Origin: Phoronis australis
Taxonomy: Eukaryota; Animalia; Phoronida
Direction: 5' to 3'
DNA length: 64,000 nt
Assembly (NCBI GenBank): GCA_002633005.1
Contig: NMRA01000006.1
Span: forward strand, 2,214,795-2,278,794
The notes beneath the pieces are model-generated. The model saw only the letters and a list, made by a program, of their open reading frames with translations, was not told the DNA's origin and ran no database searches. Shown one piece after another: positions 1 through 12,200 of this stretch (its first letter is position 1; each line of letters begins with the position of its first letter). The position numbers were made by a program, and so were the translations under genes.

Positions 1-222
1 TTGTAAATTGCATATTAGGAATGCTGCTTGCTGAATATGCCTGAATTTCAGGGATTCTTTCTTACATAAACATAGTAAAGCGTTTGCAATCACGCACTTG
101 CTCTATAGACTTAGCTATGACCAGATGTGCACCCTCAAAATTACAGGAGTCAAAATAGTACCCCTGGTATCACAACAGACAATGTGTCTGTGTCACGTGG
201 GTACTGTCTTGACTCCACTTAC

Positions 223-3200
223 TACCTGAATAGCTTCTCCTCCCTCGCCGTTGGTCTTGGACGCGTTTAACAGCTTGGACAGCATACCCTGCCTCAAATC
301 GACTGTATTCTCCAGCGTGAATTTAAGAGTTTCCAGGTAAGCTTCCTCGATGGTTGTGGCCAGAATGTTCATGTCCACACGCACGTCATTCTCTGGTGCA
401 CTCCACATCGTTGACGGCACTGCTGTTGCCATAGAGTCCGTCACAACAGTGGTTTCAATGGGAACAACCGCTGCCCGGCTAGCCTGAGCATTTAGGTTTC
501 CTGCACTCACAACACCGGGAGGAATAAATGCGGCACTGACATCAGTAGTGGTCATCTTGACCCGTTTGTCGTCAGGTGATTCTATCGTTTCTGGCGCCTT
601 GTACGGACGTTTTTTCAGCGGACTCCGAGTAAGCTGCTCGTCAGATTTCGCTGTTTGTTTGACTGTGGTGAGTGCAGTGTTGGGAACAATGACAGATTTG
701 ATGGGGACAGTGGGTGACTGGTGAAAGTCCATGACAGCAGGTGCGGCCGTGTTGACGACGGGTACCATCTGTGGCATCTGGCCTGGGGCAAACATCAGCC
801 TCTGGGGAGAGTTCAGTGCATTGATGACCAGCACCTACAGATGAAATAGAAAATGTCTTAATGTGCACCATGACAATACCACTGCTCAACATCAAAGGCG
901 GATGACAGCATAACATGGCTGAATATGCCTTGTCCGTGTGATCTACCGTTACGATTGTCACGTGACTAGGCGGATCAGGCAGTGTTGAAGCATCTCCATC
1001 CGACTCGAGTTGTGTTGGTACTGTGTCATGGATTGGACCCTATGAGACCTGTCCATTACAACTATAGGCATCTAACACAAGTGTAAATTACACTACGGTC
1101 AGACAAAATCCTAAAACTGAAAGGAGAAGAAAAACAACATTCAACCTGAAGAAAGGTAGGCGAACACTATATCCTGGTAATTAACTTGAAACCTTTTTGT
1201 CCATAGCAATATCAGGTCTTGGAAGGACCAATGACAAAAAGATGAAAAATTTGCAGGTGACGCATCACTCCACAAATAAGGCTTTTCTGACAGAAATATT
1301 TTTGTGTAATAAAATCTAACTGAAATAAACGTGTTTGCATGAATACAGTCAAATTAATCATAAAAAGAGACAAAAAGAGGAAACTGGAAAAAAAGAGCAA
1401 ATCAAAACCAAAAAAGAGGAAATCCTCTTAAAGTCGTGAAAAACATAAAGCATACATCGAGTCTGCTATTGAGAGAATCTAATTTTCTGTACAAAAACAA
1501 CGCTGAATTAAAACTTAATCGACGTATTTCAATCTGTTTTGGTGACACGTTCATGTACCTGCAAAAGAATGCTCGGGTATTCGGACTCACCGCTTGTGAA
1601 GACGATATGGGCAGCTGCTGCTGGTTTATTGTGTTCTGCGGAGTTGACAACTGTTTCTGGCTGTAGGTACTCTTGTTTTTTGGAGTCGTCTTGACACCGG
1701 CTCGGACTTTTTGTGACGTTTCATTAGGCGTCTGCCTAGCTCTTTCGAGATTTATCTGAAAAGGAGCCGCATCTAACCGTGACAGAGCGTTTTCAACGTG
1801 GCTCGTGTTCTTAACATATGGCTCAGGTATACTGAATGNCTGCTCAACATCAAAGGCGGATGAAATTAACTGTGAGATCAGCATAACATGGCTGAATATG
1901 CCTTGTCCGAGTGATCTACCGTTATGATTGTCACGTGACTAGGCGGATAAGGCAGCCTTGAAGCATCTCCATCCGACACAAGTTTTGTTGGTACTGTGTC
2001 ATGGATCGGACCCTATGAGACCTGTCCATTACAACTATAGGCATCTAACACAAGTATAAATTACAATGCAGTCAGACGAAATCCTAAAACTGAAAGAAGA
2101 GAAACAATGATCAACCTGAAGAAAGGTAATCCAGGTAATTAACTTGAAACCCTTTGTCCGTAGCAATATCAGGTCTTGGAATGACCAATCACAAAAAGAT
2201 GAAAAATTCAGGAGATGCATCACTCCACAAATAAGGCTTTTCTGACAGAAATATTTTTGTGTAGTAAAATTTAACTGAAATAAACACGTATTTGCATGAA
2301 TACAGTTGATCCATTCTTGTTGTTTTATTTACCTATTTATATTCTACATGAATACAGTCAAATTAATCATAAAAAGAGACAAAAAGAGGAAACTGGAAAA
2401 AAAGAGGAAATCAAAACCAAAAAAGAGGAAATCCTCTTAAAAGAGGAAAATTCCAAGTCGTGAAAAACATAAAGCATACATCGAGTCTGCTATTGAGAGA
2501 ATCTAATTTTCTGTACAAAAACAACGCTGAATTAAAACTTAATCCATGTATTTCAATCTGTTTTGGTGACGCGTTCATGTACCTGCAAAAGAATGCTCGG
2601 GTATTCGGACTCACCGCTTGTGAAGACGATATGGGCAGCTGCTGCTGGTTTATTGTGTTCTGCACAGTTGACACCTGTTTCTGGCTGTAGGTACTCTTGT
2701 TTTTTGGAGTCGTCTTGACACCGGCTCGGACTTTTTGTGATGTTTCATTGGGCGTCTGCCTAGCTCTTTCGAGATTTATCTGAAAAGGAGCCACATCTAA
2801 CCATGACAGATCGTTTTCAACGTGGCTCGTGTTCTTAACATATGGCGCAGATATACTGAATGTGATAACAAAGACGATTCAACAACAACGCACATATTGT
2901 GAACAACGGAGTGAAAAATGTAACTGAAGACGAAGTCCTGATGAGTCGAACATAAATTAGCAGCAGTATGCAAATTTTCTCAGTAGACATAATTCTGAAC
3001 ATATTTGATTTTGAGTGGCTTACAAAATTGAATGGAGACAAACGTCAAAGCAGAACTGACCTAAGTTTTGATGGTCAAAACCACTCGAATGCAGCCAATA
3101 AACCAAGAAAATGAAAAAATCCTTGGTGAAGGGCATACAGAGTGGCACAGACCTGTGACCCTACCTGCAGTTGAAGTTCTGAGGAGTCCGGCGCAGCACC

Positions 3201-6200
3201 TGTACTCGGCCCGCCCGTCTCCGCCTGTGTCTTCGCCTGCATCCTCATCAACAACTGCATGATAGAAGAGGCCTCACCCGGCTTGTCTCCGCTCGCGTTC
3301 AACTGAGATTCCAGTTTCTGGGCTAGGTCACCCTGCCCGATTTCACCAGCCACGCCTCGTTCTCCTACAGCCTTTAGCAGAGTGGGAAAGTCGGTGATTC
3401 CCGACGACTCAGCCTTGAGACTGAGGAGACCATGCAGTGCCTGGGCTGTCTGTGTGTCCTCAATGGTGCGACACGCCTCTGTGATCATCTCTCGCATGCG
3501 CCGTGACCTCCGACCCAGCTTGGCGGCTAAAAAGAAGGTAAAACTTAAATGTCTATTCAACAAACCTAAACTGTGAGAAATAGAGCAATCTCTGAGAAAT
3601 AAGATAGATGATGAGTTTTAAGTTTCATTACAGGTGCTGTGGAGTCAACCACAAACTGACGTTAAATTCACAAGAATGGCTGTGTTTAAACAAACAAAAT
3701 GATATAAGCAACCAGCACTTATATGATCATAGAAAGGGGAAATCAAATCAAACTAATACTCGCGTTACATCACCCGATGGTAATCATCTGATATAACCTG
3801 ACCAAATTTTGAGAACCAGTTTTCTCCACTGAATAATGCGCATCAAGCTGGTTCTCAAAATACGGGCATGTTATATCAGACTATTGCCTTAACCAATGGT
3901 TCTGCCTTGCAGTGAGGAGGCGGCACAGCTTAAAACGCAAGTCCAATACTATATCAAATTTCTTCTTTCTGAACTTGGCAAAACAGCAATATATGTCTAA
4001 ATGGCATTTTCACGAGTGTCTTTAAGCACAGGAAGGTGACAAAACTCCAATGTAACGGGATCGCGTGACTCACGCTTGTATGTAAAGTCACACATTTCAC
4101 AAAGCTCAGAGCAATAGTCAGACAGAAAATGCACACCCCGCATACACCTACAGTTAACATTAGTGCACAAGATGAGAACAAGAAAGAATCGTTTACCAGA
4201 GCGAGACATCCCGAGAGCCAAGCATTTTTGAAGACGGCAGAATTGGCAGCGATTCCGTGTAGTAACAGTTATCTCACAGTTTTTATTGGCATTGCATTTC
4301 TTTCTAGCTGGGTCACCAATCTCTTGCAAAGCTCGTCGGAAGAACCCCTAAAACATTTACGGACACAAGCTATAAGCGGAGTAATGGTAGATAAGAAAGG
4401 CGGGGCATTTACCAGATCTAGACATGCCCAGGGCCAGACACTTTTGCAGTCGACAGTACTGGCAACGGTTTCTAGTGATGACGGTCACCTCACAGTTTTT
4501 GTTGAAATAACATTTCTTTCTAGTCGGGTCGCCAATGTCCTGCAGAGCTCGCCGAAAGAATCCCTACAACGCAGAATTAACACAGAAAATTCGACATCCA
4601 GGGAGAGGGGAGGATATCATGCAGACAACGCTCTGGGAAAAGCCATCAACTGACGTCTTGGCACAAGTTGTGCAATAGCAATTAAAGATAATTATACCAA
4701 AATAGCTACGGAATTTGATGTTTAATGAATTTTTCAGAAGACAACGCTGGACTCCTGGCTACAATCATGTCAGACTCATACGAATACAGGCCCACATACA
4801 CGCATGTATGAAAACCAATCAAATCCTTGTGTGTTTATGCTAACTTACTGAATATTCACAAAAAGAAAAAGCAGTCGCGCTATTGGGTGGATAGTATATG
4901 CAAAAATACTTGGGTTCTATGCATAAACACAGAACTTCTGAACACATTTCGTTATGTATACACATATAAATTATAAGATTTTAGGTTTGAAGAATTAAGC
5001 GTTTTAATTGCAGTGAAGAAACATACTTTTGTTCTTTGTCAAATTCATACCAGGGAAGGAACATCATTGTCAATCTGCGAGATAGACTAAAATAGTGTAG
5101 CATTTGGAAACAACTGATCACAGAAAATGGACATTGGACATTTAAGCATGCTCACCTTACAACCTTCACATGCAAGAACTCCATAGTGTACCCCTGAAGA
5201 CTTGTCGCCACACACGAGGCACTTGGCACCAGCTGACAGGTCTTGCGCCTGTGCCTGCTGAGCCTGCTGTGCTTGCAGCCCTATCTGCTGGACGGCGACC
5301 AAGTACTCGGCATCGACAGGTGAAATCGCTGCTGTGCCATCACCTGCCTTCATTTGAGACAGTCCCGCGCTCACTGGCGCTCCTACATTAGCAGTGATGT
5401 TCTGAATCAGTGACACTGGTGTAACCATTGGTATCGTTGTTGCCACTGTTGCTGCAGTGCTGGCGTGTGTCTGTAGGAAGTCTGCTCTGTCATCACTCTG
5501 ACTGCTCAAATCGCCCACTGACTCGGTAGCCAGGTTCAGACCAAAAGAGGTGTTACTGTCGTCCTTTGTCGACAGCTGAATGTCGTGGTGCGACGTGACA
5601 TTAGCTGGAACGGTGATGACTGCCGGGTCACCATCTGGTTCTGGGAGCAAACCATCTCCCGGAACACCACTGCCACCTTCTGAATGGTCTACCAATGCTA
5701 GTGCCTCACGTTCTGTGGGGACGACCAGCTCAATAGATTCACTAGCCTCAGGTATGCTAGATACAGTCTCCTCAATGATACCACTAGTCTCTACCTGGCC
5801 GATTGTGTCAGCCTCCTCGGCAACCTCTTCCGTTTCCACGCATACCGTCTCCTCGATGACTGTACTTGAGGGTTCGGCCTCTGCAACATCCTCCTCGCGT
5901 TTTGCTACAATTATTGTAGGGCTGGGAACACCTAGAGATAGAGAGAACTAAAATTACAACACTACCCTGTCGGCTGTCAGCGTTTTTCTTGTAGGCATCA
6001 CATGACTTCCTTTTCAAACAGATCACTGGTGAGTGTCTCTGCAACAAAGTGGAGTGTGTTGCTCCCAATTACAAATAAACTCAGTTAATTAATGGGAATC
6101 CTGCACAGGTTCAAATAATTATGTGGGTTTCCTGGCAATACCGACAGATGTAAGACAAAACTCATAACAGGCATTCACCTACAGGATGTCCAGGGCGTTG

Positions 6201-9200
6201 AAATGGAAACCCAGTCTCAAATTCAGATACCCTATTAGAGCTGGGATGCACTCCTCAGCATTTCTCAAACTAAAGTAAACAAGAAAGCATGGGTGTCTTA
6301 TTTAACTTGCCAGCACCAGCTTAAATTAAAGCAAGACATGAATTTTAACGATGTTTAAATTGTCATTTCACTATTGAAAAAGATAGCTAGTGGACTCTAT
6401 GCAAGTTTTTTTCCATCACCGCCTAGAGCATACAATAAAAATTTCAAACCCATCCCAATCTATTTCCTACACAACGGCACACAAGTCAACTCGCCACACA
6501 GAACTAAAGGTCAAGGTTGAATTGTACATATGGCAGGCTCCTGCATTGTGTATATGAACTCATCTCATAACAACACACATCCAGGAGAAAAACATCAATT
6601 GACCTATGGTGTACAACATATGTCTAGGGTTAGAACAATTTAAGACAGCTAATAACTAAAATTAACCTTTTCACATTTTCCTAATTTCAAAAAGTTTATT
6701 AGGTGGGTGAAAATACAGCAAATATTTATATAATGCAGCTGTAACCCATAAACAATGCTAACAACGAAAATGTTTTTCTCAAAAATTTATGCTTACTCTG
6801 AATTTACTAGCAAAATTTCACGTGTACACCATATTAGGCATAAACTAAACAATTTTTACCATAATTCGATAATTTTCAACCACTAATCTACCATCTCCTT
6901 GCCAGTGTCTGTCAACGTCAGTGACGAATAAATCAAACAGGAAAGCAGAGAAAATGAATTCATGATATGCTAATACGAGAATACAGCAAAAAACACATTA
7001 ATTGTTGAAAGTCAATGACAGCCACACAGCTGTCGCTGAAACCCCACAACAAAGGAAATTAACCTCAACCTAAGGTCAGGGCCAATGCATCCATAACAAC
7101 TAATCCCTGGGGAGAATGCAGAGTCAAGTAGCAGCAAATTTGTCAACTTAAGCAACTTGCTAACAAAAAACATGACAAGGCAAGTACAAACCTAGCTTGA
7201 ACATAACTGATAAAACAAAACTCAACAACANGACTTCCTTTTCAAACAGATCACTGGTGAGTGTCTCTGCAACAAAGTGGAGTGTGTTGCTCCCAATTAC
7301 AAATAAACTCAGTTAATTAATGGGAATCCTGCACAGGTTCAAATAATTATGTGGGCTTCCTGGCAATATCAACAGATGTAAGACAAAACTCATAACAGGC
7401 ATTCACCTACGGGATGTCCAGAGCGTTGAAATGGACACCCAGTCTCAAATTTAGATATCCTACTAGAGCTGGGACGCACTCCTCAGCATTTCTCCAACTA
7501 AAGTACACAAGAAAGCATGGGTGTCTTATTTAACTTGCCAGCACCAGCTTAAATTAAAGCAAGACATGAATTTTAACAATGTTTTTAATAAATTGTCATT
7601 TCACTATTGAAAAAGATAGCTAGTGGACTCTATTCAATTTTTTTCCATCACTGCCTAGAGCATGCAATAAAAATTTCAAACCCATCCCAATCCATTTCCT
7701 ACACAACGGCACACAAGTCAACTCGCCACAAAGAACTAAAGGTCAAGGTTGAATTGTACATATGGCAGGCTCCTGCATTGTGTATATGAACTCATCTCAT
7801 AACAACAAACAGCCAGGAGAAAAACATCAATTGACCTATGGTGTACAACATATGTCTAGGGTTAGAACAATTTAAGACAGCTAATAACTAAAATTAACAT
7901 TTTCATAATTTCAAAAAGTTTATAAGGTGGGTGAAAATACAGCAAAAATTTATATAATGCAGCTGTAACCCATAAACAATGCTAACAACGAAAATGTTTT
8001 TCTCAAAAATTTATGTTTGCTCTGAATTTACTAGCAAAATTTCACGTGTACACCATATTAGGCATAAACTAAACAATTTTTACCATAATTCGATAATTTT
8101 CAACCACTAATCTACCATCTCCTTGCCAGTGTCTGTCAACGTCAGTGACGAATAAATCAAACAGGAAAGCAGAGAAAATGAATTCATGATATGCTAATAC
8201 GAGAATACAGCAAAAAACACATTAATTGTTGAAAGTCAATGACAGCCACACAGCTGTCGCTGAAACCCCACAACAAAGGAAATTAACCTCAACCTAAGGT
8301 CAGGGCCAATGCATCCATAACAACTAATCCCTGGGGAGAATGCAGAGTCAAGTAGCAGCAAATTTGTCAACTTAAGCAACTTGCTAACAAAAAACATGAC
8401 AAGGCAAGTACAAACCTAGCTTGAACATAACTGATAAAACAAAACTCAACAACATAAGATACACTTCAAAGCTTTCTATAGACTTTCCAAATCAATAAAA
8501 TTGATTTTAGGCAAAAACAAGTATTGAAAAAAAGAGACAATAGGAAATTACTGCCAGTCCTGCACACACAATATTCTGAGCAAAAATCAACTTTCTGGTA
8601 AGAACAACAGAACAGGATTTTATAAATTGCCAGTTAGTGACATGGTTTTACAGTCTTGAATCTCCATTTTGTATAATTTCCGCTTCAAATACTCGGTGTG
8701 TGCAAATTGCAAATAACTTAGAAAAAAATTATTTGGTGGTCAAATTTGACTGCGGCATGCCCAAAGCCCTTGCGAGTAATTATGGTAAACACATCACCAC
8801 TTTTAGACAAATATATTTGCCAAAATTGACCTTTTCGCCTATCTTCAAAGGCTTTAAACGTTGTTGTGAAGGCCCGAACCTTCTCAAAACTGCCTGTAGC
8901 TGAAACTTTAAAATGAGACAACAATTTATTTGGTGCTACATATCTTTTATGAAAAAAAAAAAACGGAGCTACCACCCCGAAAATTGATTTTTCTGCCACA
9001 TTTTGAAATTTATTTGAAACATCACTTGGCAGACTAGAGCACTATCCTACACAGCTTTGGAAAAATCTCACCACTTTAGGACACAACATGGCTGACAGGT
9101 GAAATTTTAATTTTCTCATTTTCCCATGAAATGTAGGTAAAATTCTTCAATTAGGGACAAAGGTAATTGCTAAAATTGCCTTATTTCTATTTTTAAAAGG

Positions 9201-12200
9201 CTTACCAGTACAACATTGTTGCAAATGCTCAAAATTTTACCAAATGTTGTTTGGCCTTACAAACACCATGAGAAAAGCAAAGCAAATTTTCTGAAAAGTT
9301 ATTTTTGTTGAGAAATTTGACAAAACGAAATTTCGCCTGTCCACCATAGCATCCTAAACCGAAGAATTTGTACCAAAGCACCTAATCAGTGCCTCAGCAT
9401 CACCTGAAACACCCTAAAACATTGAAAGCCCTTGAAAAATGGTTAAGAGGGGAATTTCAGAAATTATCTTCCTCCAAACTTGGTGAGATATTACATAACA
9501 ACTTCTCAATGGGATCATTTAAATATTGAGTTGCTAACACAGAACATTCAGCTAGAACACAACAACAGGGAGCTGAAATCAACATCATGTCACTGACCAC
9601 TTGAAATATTTCAGTTGTTTAGTCTGTGGGCAAGCAATATGTGGAGAATTGGATATCTTCCAGATCTGCCAAACTCCCCAGTGGTTATTGCCCACACACT
9701 GACTAGATCATCTCAAGTTCAGGTCTGAGTGCTACACCATTACTCACTTCAAGCTAGACACTTTTGTGTTCAATCCTGCATGTAATGTACTTAAGACATT
9801 TGTGTCATGTAGGCAATCCAATGGGTTGTGAGTGTGTGAATACTCTGTCCTCAGACCACAGAGAGGAAACAGGACACCGGCATGAAAATGGCAGACACCA
9901 CCTGCAGAGACGGAGACTGACCTATTTCTGACCACCCTCAATAACAAATTCCCAGAAACAGTAGAGGTCATTGAACAAAGTAGGAGACTCTGGCCAGAAA
10001 ACAGGTCAGCTATGAATTAGACTGAGAGTGCAGCACTATCTCCATGTGACTGAACCCTATCCCCAGCGGGTTGCAGAACATGAAAAAGATCGATCAGTCT
10101 CAAGTGACCCTCTCTTCTCCATAACTCGTTTTGACTTATCATTTGGTCAAGTTTGAATTTTGCCACAACCAATTTGGCTTGCATGTGTGTCTAATTTGAA
10201 AACTTATGTCACAAGCTTGAAGTATTGGGAGATAGAGTCATTTCTCAAGCAATAAGGACATTTTGGCACCAGTTCAATGCATTAATTCAAAGACTGACAT
10301 ACAAACTCCCCACACTATGAACATGGGCTTTCCAATGTAAATGAATTTTGTAATTCCAGTCCAGTTTGAATTCCATGTTGTGGACAACACTGACCACCTG
10401 AACATAAACTAAAGTTAAAGTCAGTACAGTAATTTTCCACTTATTTCACACAAAAAATCCCGAAATTGTCTTTTTCTATTTTTCAAAAGCTAATTACTTT
10501 CCTTGCAAATAAATGCAAAATATACCAAAAGCTGTTTTATGACATACACACCATGTTCTGGTGTTAAAACACTGTCTTTCATATCAGGTGTAGGTGCACT
10601 TCTAAAACCTCATTCATTCATCTCCCTTGTTTGAATTAAAATTGGCTACAACTAATGGCCATTAATGCCTAGATTGAAACTTTCCCCGTTATTGACATGT
10701 ATGTAAATTGGCCTGGGCTGAAGGTATTCAAGACTGAACCAAACATGTTTTCTTGTGCTGCTAAAATACTGCTGGGAGTCCAGTACCTTTAAAGAAACAA
10801 AAATATGTTTCAGGAAGGCAGCAGTACCAATGATAATGACAATGACAAGTATTTCATGTAAAAAGTTTTCAAGAACTGAGCAGTATCTGAAATTTAATAT
10901 CGTCCACGCATTCTTAGGAGAGGTGTAACCTGTCTAGACACCAGAGATCCGGGGAACACAAAAAGTTAACCATTAAAATGAATTTTGTAAAAGCATGAAA
11001 AGTTAGACTTTTAATTACGGTCAGTGTGTCTTGACATTGGTGGTAACACATTCCAATGAGAAAATGTGCAACATTTGCAGTGGCAATGGAAAAAAAAAGA
11101 AAAATTTCTCAAAGCAAAATGCACACCTTATATTTCAAAACAAGCAGGCTGAGGTTGCTCCACAGTGAAGTGTTTTCAAGAGGCTAAAAGATCAACGTCT
11201 GAAATTGTCACACTTTTTCTGTACAAACATAATTTCCGTTGGTTTAGCATTCGTTCATGTGGGGCTTTGATGTTCGACAGGGCTATTTAAAGTGACCAGG
11301 GTCACTTTAAAGTCATATGCCATCTATAGTTACCTCACAGCCTATCAAGGCACAAACTATGTTAAATAAATTGTGAACTAATGCCTCATTTAATTTTCAA
11401 GGTCTGCTGTGCAGGGGACATAACTTGCATCTTGCGTTAAAGCATTTTCCCTTAAAAAATCCAACATAGCTCAGGCTTTGTCACCAGAACACTGACCCAG
11501 TGCTTTTGTTCGTGTTCTTGTTTTCAACAGTAAACTGAATTTTAATAAATATTGACTTGTCCTGAATCACTCTAAGAAACTTGTAATAATTATGGTTTTA
11601 AGTGACAACAGTGAATCAATTTTCACTCAGAGTGATGTGGATGTAGAGAAATGAAAAAGAAGGCCACCTCTAATGGAATGCATCCTCTCATCAGTAATGA
11701 ATTCATAAGCCAATCCACTACAAATTAACAAGATGCTTCAAGCTAAGATAACCCACACCGCAAACGCCATGTAAAATCTCTATCAATGAAGAAAGTTTGA
11801 CTGTATACAAGTCTAATGGATTGTTACTAGTAAGTACTTGCATGAACAAAACAAAATTTAATACAGTTCAAGATTTTATTGATTAGTTTCATTTGGCCAA
11901 CGAGATTGACAAACGAAATGCTACTTCAGTCTCTGAACTGGCGAATGCCTGTTTACAAAATGCAACCTCAGAATGCAGGTGCCGATCTCCCCTGGAACTT
12001 CATTTCCCACAAATTTTAGTCCCTGAAGTCACCAAATGTGTCCTCCAAGCTCTTCCAACACCTGCTAGTATGTTTTTCCAACAAACTGGTTGACAATAAC
12101 AACCTTTTACTGAACTTCTAGGCACTGAAACGTAGCTTCTTTGCAAACAAAGTTTCAAAGGGTCTCATTGAGACCGTCTCAATGAGTGATCACGCCTTCA

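Noticed and set aside
193-834. LBD-less (NR0A-like) receptor ending at TGA 193
   Set aside because: An LBD helix-1-like segment and donor-like sites at 226/223 suggest the gene continues beyond the window, so this cannot be asserted.
4197-5221. Two-DBD (2DBD) or three-finger receptor
   Set aside because: Only one first-finger exon exists. Joining A to B frameshifts, and read-through of the 65-nt spacer, although in frame, contains TAA and TAG.
6503-6520. RORE/DR0-like AACTAAAGGTCAAGGTTG as an autoregulatory site
   Set aside because: AGGTCA-like words are frequent in this window's repeats and there is no independent support.
6004-8454. Biological segmental duplications (also 882-2862, 20898-21764, 47038-48203)
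   Set aside because: Each junction is a single N with allele-level divergence, typical of uncollapsed heterozygous contig overlaps.
9748-9901. Extra receptor exon (ctctgcag|...|gtgagt)
   Set aside because: It is 154 nt, phase 1 to 2, and would frameshift exon 5931. There is no recognisable similarity, so at most it is a poison or UTR exon.
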